A stretch of DNA of 64,000 nucleotides, taken from the NCBI GenBank assembly GCA_965250115.1, contig CBDFNJ010000002.1, positions 270,966 through 334,965 on the forward strand. The letters are read 5' to 3'. This document shows positions 49,597 to 57,701 of the stretch, piece after piece. The position numbers and the translations under genes were made by a program. Positions within the stretch are counted from its first letter, which is position 1. Every line of letters begins with the position of its first letter. The DNA is from Candidatus Marinacidobacterales bacterium. GTDB lineage: Bacteria > Acidobacteriota > Vicinamibacteria > Marinacidobacterales > SMYC01. The notes beneath the pieces were generated by a model. That model was not told where the DNA came from, made no database searches, and saw only the letters and a program-made list of their open reading frames with translations.

Positions 49597-50046
49597 CTAG
49601 TCGCTCTCGATGAGAAGCTCGATCAGGCTCACGTGGAAGAGCTCTTTCTGCCCGGCGAGCTGCAGAAACCAGACGATCGGAACGAGGCAGACCACGTGGA
49701 AGACGCCAATCATGACGAAGAGCGGCGTCACAGTCAGCGGCACATCGGAAGCGTTGGCGAGATACAAGATGACCGAGCCTATGTAGGTCCCGAGGATCAG
49801 ATAGCCGTATATGAGGGCGGCCAGCCGGCCGAGCTTGGCGAAGTGCCAAATCAGGTAGGCGAGAACGAGATAAATAATAAGGTCGACGGCGAGCTCCCAA
49901 ATCGAGTGATCGGCGAGAGGGCTGAGCCGAATCGCCGCATCCCACTCCCGGTACTTCTTGATGGACTCGAGAAATCCTGCGAGTACGAAATATAGCGTCA
50001 CCAGATAGATCACCAGAGGGCGCTCGACGATTGGACCGATTGGCAT
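49597..50046 (-). CDS. Hypothetical polytopic membrane protein (start re-set to MPIGPIV; the track ORF extends upstream)
   Basis: 149 aa with four hydrophobic helices; AT-rich promoter-like region immediately upstream (50047..50110). Confidence 0.5.
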   Translation of the reverse strand: MPIGPIVERPLVIYLVTLYFVLAGFLESIKKYREWDAAIRLSPLADHSIWELAVDLIIYLVLAYLIWHFAKLGRLAALIYGYLILGTYIGSVILYLANASDVPLTVTPLFVMIGVFHVVCLVPIVWFLQLAGQKELFHVSLIELLIESD

Positions 50047-50113
50047 GGGTATGTTCCTATCATTATAGGATATAATTTCCGTACTGGTCATCCCTGAGAT
50101 ATCATCGGTTGGA

Positions 50114-51485
50114 GTGAGTTTGCTCTTGACCCCCTGGAGTCTTGCCCTGGTCTTCGCGGCGGGGACGCGCGTCCTCGTGATGCCGTTCGAGAACCTCTCG
50201 GACGATGCGTGCACGATTGGAAGGGAAGTGCCTTCGAGGAGGCAATCTCGTCCCATCTCGAGGCGGCGGGCCATGAGGTCGTGGACGTTCAGACGCGCAA
50301 CCGCCATCTCGTCAATCAAGGTTTCGATCCAGCGCAGCCCGTGACGCGGGCGACCGCCATCTCGTCAATCAAGGTTTCGATCCAGCGCAGCCCGTGACGC
50401 GGGCGACCGCCATCGTGCTCGCGCGAGACCTCCGGGCGGGTCGGCTCGTTGTCGGCAGCTTTCAGTCGAGTGAGGATCGGCTCCAAGCCACGGCGCGCGT
50501 CGTCGATCTGTCGGAAGGGGTAACGATTGGAGTCGTCGAGGACTTCGCGAAACGCGATGAGCTCACGAGCCTCGCCAATCAGATCGCGAAGAACATATTC
50601 CGACTCGAGCGGGACCGGGTGCCCACGGGATTCGACGAGAGCGTCGAGAGGCGCGCGAAGCTCGCGCCGGCCGCTCTCGAGGCGAGCGCCCACGCGCGTC
50701 TGAGCATCGAGCGAGACGAGCAGCGAGAACACCTCGAACAAGCCGTTGCTATCGAGCCTCGTTACCTCGAAGCCCGTGTCATGTTGGGAAGCCTCTTGCT
50801 CGAGGAGGGCAAGGCGAGGGAAGCGATCGACGTGCTCGTTGCAGCAAGAGACGGTGGTGGGAGTGACGCGAAAGCGTACTTCGGTCTCGGTGTCGCCTAC
50901 CTTTCCGTCGGTGAGCCCACGGCAGCTTACGAGATCTTTCAGAATTTGACCGAGCTCGATGACAAAAGAGCCGCAGCCCACAACAATCTCGGCGTGGCCG
51001 CCATGCGGTTGGGCTTGCTGGATGAATCCATCAAGGCCTTCGAGTGCGCCGTCGAGCGCGGCGGCGTTGGAGCGAGCTACTTTTTCAACCTGGGCTTCGC
51101 GTCGTGGCGGGCAGGCAAGGGTGCTCGGGCGCTCGAGCTCTTCGAAAAAGTGGCGGAGGCGCGTCCTTTGGACGGTGAAGCTTACTTCATGCTCGCGGCG
51201 GCGGCGGCGTCCCAGGCGGAGCCCGAAAAAGCAGAAACGATGCACGCCACATCCTTGCTGCTCTCTCCCAACCTGGCCGATGTGGATGCCGCGACGGTCG
51301 AGGGGTGGGAGCGCGTGGTTTTCGCGGAGGAGGAGAGTCGCGATATCGACTCGGTGGTAGCGCTCGAGGAGGACGTCGCCGCTTTGGTGGAGATTCTCGA
51401 TGCTCGCGAGTACCGCGCGACGGGCCGACTCGATGACGCGGTCTTGTTGCTTCAAAAGAGGGTCTACGCGGATTCGTGTGGGTAA
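50114..51485 (+). pseudogene. TolB_N-like domain + TPR-repeat protein, disrupted three ways: a frameshift near 50204..50216, a 53-bp tandem duplication at 50301..50406, and interruption of the 3' end by the ISL3-type element. The C-terminal remainder is at about 53460..53731.
   Basis: Frame 1: signal peptide plus VLVMPFENLSDDA. Frame 2: WKGSAFEEAISSHLEAAGHEVVD. Frame 3: ...IVLARDLRAGRLVVGSFQSSEDRLQATARVVDLSEGVTIG, then the TPR repeats. Downstream of the IS the frame continues ...ELADVLQEAGELDRAATELAIVLWNEP.... Confidence 0.6.
50301..50406. repeat. 53-bp perfect tandem duplication (2 units) inside the TolB_N/TPR gene
   Basis: ccgccatctcgtcaatcaaggtttcgatccagcgcagcccgtgacgcgggcga appears twice; 53 is not a multiple of 3. 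Confidence 0.9.
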
Positions 51486-52018
51486 GTTCTGACGGAAAAA
51501 CAGTGTAACTCATTGTGTGGAAAAGGTATCGAGTACTTCATCAGGTGCTGAAAAGTGGTCCATTTTTAGGATAGGCTAACCGAGTGAAAAATTCCCAGTC
51601 GATCCGCTCGCTGTTTGCGCTGCCAGGTTTCGTGGTGTGCCGGATTGAAGGGTCTATTCGGTGACCGATACGCCCGCGTCATCCAGCTCAAGAGGCGAAA
51701 AAAACAGCTGTGTGCTCTTACTGTGGGCAACGATGCCGGGGGCGCTATGACAAGCAAGTGTGCCGGGTCCGCGACCTGTCGTTGGCAGGCTGGCGGATCT
51801 ATCTGGAATACGAGCGTTGGCGCGTCAACTGTCCTGGGTGCGGCGGTTTGCATGTAGAACACCTGGACTGGCTGGCGAACAACTCGCGCTACACCTAGCG
51901 TTTTGCGACGCATGTGGGCAAGCTGTGCCGGACAAGGCGGTGGCCGAGATGGAACGTCTGACCCTGCCCGGGTTTTGTGGACACCAACCGAGGCGCGACA
52001 ATGCGCCTGGAGGCGTCC

Positions 52019-52315
52019 ATGGGAAAGCGACGACGAAGGAAGTTCACGGGGGAGTTCAAGAAGGAAGCGGTCCGGCTGTTCAAAGCGGGCGAGCGCAGCA
52101 TCGGCCAGGTCGCTAAGGAACTGGACCTGACGGAATCAGCCCTTCGAAACTGGGTGAAACAATACGAGGTTGATCACGGTGAAGGTCCACGCGAGGCTCT
52201 GACGACGGCGGAACGTGATGAGCTCCGTTCGCTGCGACGTCGAGTACGCACGTTGGAGCAAGAGCGAGAAATATTAAAAAAGGCGGCGGCCTTCTTCGCG
52301 AAGGAAAGCGAATGA
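52019..52315 (+). CDS. IS3-family transposase OrfA (HTH plus leucine zipper)
   Basis: MGKRRRRKFTGEFKKEAVRLFKAGERSIGQVAKELDLTESALRNWVKQY... Confidence 0.85.
   Translation: MGKRRRRKFTGEFKKEAVRLFKAGERSIGQVAKELDLTESALRNWVKQYEVDHGEGPREALTTAERDELRSLRRRVRTLEQEREILKKAAAFFAKESE
52272..52278 (+). promoter_or_regulatory. Programmed -1 ribosomal frameshift heptamer A_AAA_AAG joining orfA and orfB
   Basis: tt A AAA AAG gc in the orfA frame. The -1 frame continues KKGGGLLREGKRMRFKFIHAER..., which is OrfB. Confidence 0.7.
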
Positions 52316-53167
52316 GATTCAAGTTCATTCACGCGGAGCGGGCCAACTATCCGGTGCGGGTGATGTGCCGAGTCCTGAGGGTATCGACCAGAGGCTACTA
52401 CGCTCAGATGAAGCGCGCGCCCAGCAGGCGACAGTGTGAGGATGGGAAGCTGAAGCTGCGCATCCAAGCGATCCACGCCCATAGCCGTGGTACCTACGGC
52501 AGGGAGCGTGTACGTCGCCAGCTTGACGGGGAGAACGTCGAGGTGGGCAAGCAGCGAGTGGCACGGCTGATGCGTGAGATGGGCCTGCAGGGCCTGCCCA
52601 GCAAGCGTTTTCGCCGCACGACCGACAGCAAGCACGATCGCCCTATCGCGCCCAACGTGCTCGGCCGGCACTTCGAAGCCGAACGAGCGAACCAGTTCTG
52701 GGTGACGGACATAACCTTCATCCGGACTTGGGAAGGCTGGCTCTACTTGGCGGTCATCCTCGATCTGTTCTCGCGTCGTGTCGTCGGCTGGGCGATGCAG
52801 TCCCACCTGCGCGCAGAGCTTGCTCTCGAGGCGCTTCACATGGCCTTGGGGCGCCATCTGCCTGGAAGTGGCTTGGTGCATCATTCAGACCGTGGTACTC
52901 AATACGCGGCTGCGTCTTACCAGGCCGTGCTCGATGAGCCGCAAGGGTAATTGCTGGGACAACGCCGTGAGCGAAAGCTTCTTCGGTACGCTCAAGACCG
53001 AGCTCGTCAACCGGCGGAGCTGGCCAACCCGGCGGAGCGCCAAAGACGCCGTCGCCAGCTACATCGAAGGCTTCTACAACCCGCATCGACTTCACTCGTC
53101 GCTCGGCTACGTGAGCCCGATGCTGTTCGAGCAATTACACGCTCTTAAATCTGCTGATGCGAGATGA
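52312..53167 (+). pseudogene. IS3-family transposase OrfB (rve DDE core) with an internal frame break near 52927..52950
   Basis: ...HSDRGTQYAAASYQAVLDEPQG* in one frame and CSMSRKGNCWDNAVSESFFGTLKTE... in another. The 13-nt stretch gtgctcgatgagc is read in both frames, consistent with a deletion between short direct repeats. Confidence 0.7.
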
Positions 53168-53765
53168 TCAACCCGTCCACTTTTCCCGGGCAAGGTCACC
53201 TGGACTGGCTGGCGAACAACTCGCGCTACACCTAGCGTTTTGCGACGCATGTGGGCAAGCTGTGCCGGACAAGGCGGTGGCCGAGATGGAACGTCTGCGC
53301 CTCCTAGTTGAAGGGGTCAACAACAAAATCCGTGTGCTGCAACGACGCGCCTACGGCTATCGCGACGAGGAATATCTCAAGCTGAAGATCGTGGCGGCAT
53401 TCCTTCCGCCATTACCCAGAAATGCCGTCTTCAACCCACACGAATCCGCGTAGACCCTCAAAAGAGTCTGTATCGGGATCCGAGCGCGAATGAGCTCAGG
53501 CGAGAGCTTGCGGATGTGCTCCAGGAGGCGGGGGAGCTCGACCGGGCGGCCACCGAGCTTGCCATCGTCTTGTGGAACGAGCCGACGTGTGATGCCCACG
53601 TGGAACTGGCTCAGATCTTCGTCGAGCTGGACGAGCCGGGCAGAGCTCGTGAGCAAATCGAGATGGCGCTCGCGCCCGATCACGGCGGGGCTTTGTTGCT
53701 TAGCGACGCCTTACCGGTCGCGGTGCCGTAGTAGCACTTCCGCCCTTTCCATGTCTTGAGCTAGG

Positions 53766-54353
53766 ATGGCGGTCATGAGGGGCTTTCGTTGGCTCGGTTC
53801 GCTCGCGCTGGTTTTGCTGGGCGCCGGGCTCCTTTTTGCCGAGGGCTCGCTGGAAGCCAAACTCGGCGAGCTCAGGGAGCGCTATGAAAAGGGCTCCGAG
53901 ACCCCGAAGGACTTCGCGATCGAGGAGACGGAAGCCAATGGCTTTCTCCGTGGCTCGCGGGAGCTTCCCAAAGGTGTCGAAAACCCGTGGATCCGGTTCG
54001 AGGAGAACGTGGCCATCGTCGGCGCGATGGTCGACCTCGATCAGCTTCGCGGCGAGCTCCCGGATTCAATGGTCTTCCAGCTTCTTTCGGGTCGGGTGCC
54101 CGTCGAGGTGACGACCCGCGTGTCGGGCACCCAGGGCGAGGGACAGCTCGAGCTCGAGCGCGTGCTGATGTCCGGGATCGAGCTCCCGACGAGCCTCATC
54201 GAATCGCTCGCGAGCAAACATGATACGAGCGCGTTTCTGCCACCCGGGTTCCGTCTCGGCGCGCCCTTCGCTCTGCCCTACGATCTCGAGAGCATTCGCT
54301 GTCAGCCCGGTTCGGTGCTCGTTCGGCAGCGCGCCACCTCCCCCGACGAGTAG
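53766..54353 (+). CDS. Hypothetical secreted protein
   Basis: Signal-peptide-like N-terminus (WLGSLALVLLGAGLLFA); 195 aa; no family recognised. Confidence 0.45.
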   Translation: MAVMRGFRWLGSLALVLLGAGLLFAEGSLEAKLGELRERYEKGSETPKDFAIEETEANGFLRGSRELPKGVENPWIRFEENVAIVGAMVDLDQLRGELPDSMVFQLLSGRVPVEVTTRVSGTQGEGQLELERVLMSGIELPTSLIESLASKHDTSAFLPPGFRLGAPFALPYDLESIRCQPGSVLVRQRATSPDE

Positions 54354-54389
54354 AATCCCAGGGTAGCCGGCATCGGCTCACCCGAGGAC

Positions 54390-56492
54390 ATGCTCGATAT
54401 CACGACGCCAATCCAATACGTCAAGGGTGTCGGCCCGCGCAAAGCGGCCGCGCTCGAAAAGATGGGGATCACGACGGTCTACGACCTCTTGCTCTATCTT
54501 CCGTTTCGCTACGAGGACCGGAGCCTCAGGGCGAAGGTGGCGGAGATCGAGCCGGGTCAGGAGGCGACGGTCGATGTGAAGGTCGTATCGTTGCGCGTTC
54601 GCAAGACACGGCGGGCCAACTTCAAGGTCGTGGAGCTTCTCGCCAAAGACGAGACGGGTCAGCTCAAGGCGGTCTGGTTCAACCAGGAATACTTGAAGGA
54701 CACGTTGCTTCCCGGAAAACAGGTTCTGTTGTTCGGAAAGTTCGAGCGGACGGGATTCGGACTGCTGCCCGAAGTCAAGAGCCCGCACTACGAGCTCGTG
54801 GAAGAGGGTCAAGAGGAGACGACTCATGCCGGACGCATCGTGCCCGTCTACGAACGTATTGGTGCGGTCAGCCCCAAGATTCTGAGGCGGGTGATTCATT
54901 TTCTAGTTGTGGGGATGCCGCGGAACGTACCGGAGGTGCTTCCGCAAACGGTTTGTGAGAGCCGCGGGCTTCCGTCGAGAGAGGATGCCCTGACTCGCGT
55001 GCACTTTCCAGCGGAGGACGAGCCCCTCGAGCACTACAATACCTTCCGCGCTCCCGCCCAGAAGAGACTCATCTTCGAGGAGTTCTTCGTCTTCTTTCTG
55101 GCGGTCGAGCTGCGGCGGGCCGCGGACACCCAGCTGCGCAAGCAGCGTCCGTTCCCGGTGGACGATCGCATTCGGGAGATCGTGCGCAAGATCCTGCCGT
55201 TTCGGTTGACGGAGGCGCAGCGGGACGTCTCGAAGACGATCGCCGACGAGCTCGGAAGCGATGTGCCGATGCGGCGTCTCGTGCAGGGCGACGTCGGATC
55301 GGGGAAAACCATCGTGGCGGTGCTTTCCGCGGTGATCGTCATGGAGCATGGCGCGCAAGCGGCCTTCATGGTTCCGACGGAGCTTCTGGCCGAGCAGCAC
55401 TTTGCCAACGTGCGTCGGCTCGTCGAACCGGCCGGGTATCGAGTCGCGCTTCTCAGCTCCAAGCTCAAGAAGGGGGAGCGCGAGGAGCTGAGAGAGGCGA
55501 TCGCGCGGGGCGAGGTGGACTTGGCGGTCGGGACGCACGCTCTCGTGCAAGAAGGTGTCACGTTCAAGGAGCTCGGGTTGGCGATCATCGACGAGCAGCA
55601 TCGGTTCGGAGTGCTGCAAAGAGCCGAGCTCAGGGAGAAGGGTGTTAGGTGCGATCTTCTCGTGATGACGGCGACGCCGATCCCTCGTAGCCTCATGATG
55701 GCGATCCATGGGGATCTCGACCACTCGGAGATTTCCGAGCTCCCGCCGGGGCGGCAGCCGATCCGGACCCTTCGATGCGATGAAGGGGAGCTCAAGAGCG
55801 TCTTTCGAACGATGGAGCAGGAGATCGCGCAAGGCCATCAGGTTTACTTCGTTTGCCCGCTCGTCGAGGAGTCGGAGAAGATGGACGTCAAGGCGGCCGT
55901 CGCCCGATTCGATTCGCTCGCGAAGGGCGCGTTCAAGCACCGGCGGGTGGCGCTCGTGCACGGGCGGATGCCGTCCGGCGATCGTGAGGAGGTCATGGAG
56001 GCTTTCGGCGAGGGGAGGGTGGACGTGCTCGTGGCCACGACCGTCGTCGAGGTCGGGGTAGACGTCCCAAACGCCACCGTCATGGTGATAGAGCACGCGG
56101 AGCGGTTCGGCCTTTCGCAACTGCACCAGCTAAGGGGACGGGTCGGACGCGGCTCGGCGCCGTCCACGACCGTGCTGGTCACGTATCCGCCGCTGACTCC
56201 GGAGGCGGAGATGCGACTCGGCGCGATGGTCGAGACGCAGGACGGCTTCGTCATTGCCGAGCGGGATCTCGCGATCCGCGGGCCCGGCGACTACTTCGGC
56301 ACCCGGCAGTCTGGCGCTCCGCTCTTCCGCATTGCCGACATCCTGCGCGATCGGGAGATCCGCGACGACGCCAAAGCTGAAGCAAAGCGCTTCATCGCTT
56401 CGCCCGAGCGCGACACCCCGGACGGAAAACTCCTCTTGCATCACGCCATCGAGCTTTGGGGCGAGCGCTTCGGCCTCGCCGCCGCAGGCTGA
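54390..56492 (+). CDS. recG: ATP-dependent DNA helicase RecG
   Basis: Wedge/OB N-domain; helicase motifs GDVGSGKT, DEQHRFG, MTATPIPRS; 700 aa. Confidence 0.9.
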   Translation: MLDITTPIQYVKGVGPRKAAALEKMGITTVYDLLLYLPFRYEDRSLRAKVAEIEPGQEATVDVKVVSLRVRKTRRANFKVVELLAKDETGQLKAVWFNQEYLKDTLLPGKQVLLFGKFERTGFGLLPEVKSPHYELVEEGQEETTHAGRIVPVYERIGAVSPKILRRVIHFLVVGMPRNVPEVLPQTVCESRGLPSREDALTRVHFPAEDEPLEHYNTFRAPAQKRLIFEEFFVFFLAVELRRAADTQLRKQRPFPVDDRIREIVRKILPFRLTEAQRDVSKTIADELGSDVPMRRLVQGDVGSGKTIVAVLSAVIVMEHGAQAAFMVPTELLAEQHFANVRRLVEPAGYRVALLSSKLKKGEREELREAIARGEVDLAVGTHALVQEGVTFKELGLAIIDEQHRFGVLQRAELREKGVRCDLLVMTATPIPRSLMMAIHGDLDHSEISELPPGRQPIRTLRCDEGELKSVFRTMEQEIAQGHQVYFVCPLVEESEKMDVKAAVARFDSLAKGAFKHRRVALVHGRMPSGDREEVMEAFGEGRVDVLVATTVVEVGVDVPNATVMVIEHAERFGLSQLHQLRGRVGRGSAPSTTVLVTYPPLTPEAEMRLGAMVETQDGFVIAERDLAIRGPGDYFGTRQSGAPLFRIADILRDREIRDDAKAEAKRFIASPERDTPDGKLLLHHAIELWGERFGLAAAG

Positions 56493-56501
56493 TGGGGAAT
56501 T

Positions 56502-56607
56502 GGGGTCAGTCCTGAACAACTTGACTTCTTTTCGTAAGTGATTGTGAAGTAAAGTGTTGCAAGTGTGTAACTTGCCAGAAGAAGTCAAGTTGTTCAGGAC
56601 TGACCCC
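56502..56607. repeat. Palindromic intergenic element, copy 3 of 3: 29-bp perfect stems with a 48-nt loop
   Basis: GGGGTCAGTCCTGAACAACTTGACTTCTT [48 nt] AAGAAGTCAAGTTGTTCAGGACTGACCCC. Confidence 0.9.
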
Positions 56608-56645
56608 GAATGAGGATTGGGGGCGCGAATGAGGATTGGGGGCGG
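56608..56645. repeat. 19-bp tandem duplication (GAATGAGGATTGGGGGCGc / ...GCGg) spanning the rsmD start
   Basis: Two adjacent copies, each containing an ATG (56610 and 56629). Only the second is in frame with the rsmD body. Confidence 0.85.
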
Positions 56646-57183
56646 GGAGTTTCGAGGGCGGGTGCTGAAGGGGCCGCCGGGGCTAAAGACGCGGCCCACG
56701 AGCGCGCGGCTCAAGAAGAGCCTGTTCGATGTTCTCTCGAGCCGGCTCGCGGGTGCGCGCGTGCTCGACCTCTACGCGGGGGTAGGGGCTCTCGGCCTCG
56801 AAGCTTTGTCGCGCGGAGCGACGTCGGTGGTCTTCGTCGAGCGGCGTCGGCAAGCCGCGGCGGCGATTCGCGACAACGTCGAGGCCTTTGGGCTCACGGA
56901 GCGAGCGTCGCTCGTGGGGAAAGACGTCTGGTCCGCGCTTTCCCGCCTCGCGGCGGACCTCGAGCGCTTCGATATCATCTTCGCGGACCCGCCCTATCGC
57001 TCCTCCGAGCCCGAGAAGCTTCTGCGTTTTCTCGGCGAGGAAGCCCTCCTCGCGTCCGACGGCATCGTCGTCATCGAGCACTACCACAAGAACGAGCTCG
57101 ATGCCGGCTACGGCCGGCTCGAGCGCTCGCGTGAGCTCAAAGCGGGTGAGAGCCGGCTGACTTTCTACGCTCCCACGTGCTAG
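56629..57183 (+). CDS. rsmD: 16S rRNA (guanine966-N2)-methyltransferase
   Basis: MRIGGGEFRGRVLKGP... ; DLYAGVGALGLEALSRGA (motif I); IIFADPPY (D/NPPY motif). Confidence 0.8.
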   Translation: MRIGGGEFRGRVLKGPPGLKTRPTSARLKKSLFDVLSSRLAGARVLDLYAGVGALGLEALSRGATSVVFVERRRQAAAAIRDNVEAFGLTERASLVGKDVWSALSRLAADLERFDIIFADPPYRSSEPEKLLRFLGEEALLASDGIVVIEHYHKNELDAGYGRLERSRELKAGESRLTFYAPTC

Positions 57184-57194
57184 GCTGAGCCACC

Positions 57195-57701
57195 ATGCCA
57201 CCCCGTCGCGTCGCCATCTACCCGGGCTCTTTCGATCCCCTGACTATGGGGCACGTCGACATCATCGCGCGCGGCAGTGCCCTTTTCGATGGCATCATCG
57301 TCGGCGTGTTGCACAACGTCGACAAGAAGGCCATGTTCACGGTTGACGAACGACTGACGATGATCCGGGAGACGTTCCGCGAGCGAGAAAACGTCGAGGC
57401 CGATGCCTTCAGCGGCCTCTTGGTGGACTACGCCAAGAGCTGCAAAGCTTCAACAATCGTGCGCGGAATTCGAGCGATCTCGGACTTCGAGTATGAATTT
57501 CAAATGGCCTTGATGAACCGGCGCCTCGCTCCGGACATCGAAACGGTTTTCATGATGCCCGCGGAAGAGTATTCCTACGTGAGCTCGCGCCTCGTGAAGG
57601 AAGTCGCGACTCTCGGGGGCAACATCACCGGGCTAGTGCCCAAGGGGGTCGAAGCGCTACTCCTCGAGAAGCTTCCGGAGTCCGGTAGATCGCGGAAGTG
57701 A
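57195..57701 (+). CDS. coaD: Phosphopantetheine adenylyltransferase
   Basis: VAIYPGSFDPLTMGHVDII, the (H/T)xGH nucleotidyltransferase motif; 168 aa. Confidence 0.9.
   Translation: MPPRRVAIYPGSFDPLTMGHVDIIARGSALFDGIIVGVLHNVDKKAMFTVDERLTMIRETFRERENVEADAFSGLLVDYAKSCKASTIVRGIRAISDFEYEFQMALMNRRLAPDIETVFMMPAEEYSYVSSRLVKEVATLGGNITGLVPKGVEALLLEKLPESGRSRK

Larger units (their letters stand above)
51959..53198 (+). mobile_element. IS3-family insertion sequence (orfA plus a frameshifted orfB), nested in the ISL3 remnant
   Basis: Imperfect 24-bp inverted repeats TGACCCTGCCCGGGTTTTGTGGAC and TGACCTTGCCCGGGAAAAGTGGAC (TG...CA termini). orfA, an A_AAA_AAG slippery heptamer, and orfB with an rve DDE core. 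Confidence 0.8.
51461..53456 (+). mobile_element. ISL3-family element, an internally deleted derivative (about 657 bp of ISL3 sequence), carrying a nested IS3-family element
   Basis: Perfect terminal inverted repeats GGTCTACGCGGATTCGTGTGGGT at 51461..51483 and, reverse-complemented, at 53434..53456. Flanking direct repeat TCAAAAGAG at 51452..60 and 53458..66, with a 1-nt offset. Inside are ISL3 transposase fragments: an N-terminal zinc-ribbon region (RVNCPGCGGLHVEHLDWLANNSRYT) and the C-terminus (LLVEGVNNKIRVLQRRAYGYRDEEYLKLKIVAAFLP). Confidence 0.6.

Noticed and set aside
50301-50406. Possible CRISPR-like array
   Set aside because: Only two directly adjacent 53-bp units with no spacers and no cas genes. 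It is a simple tandem duplication inside a coding sequence.
50316-51455. 379-aa minus-strand ORF antisense to the TPR gene
   Set aside because: No motifs; composition typical of a GC-rich antisense frame. The plus-strand TPR reading frame is clearly coding.
56610-57134. ORF starting at the first ATG of the 19-bp duplication
   Set aside because: Wrong frame (Arg/Gly-rich). rsmD is in the frame of the second ATG at 56629.
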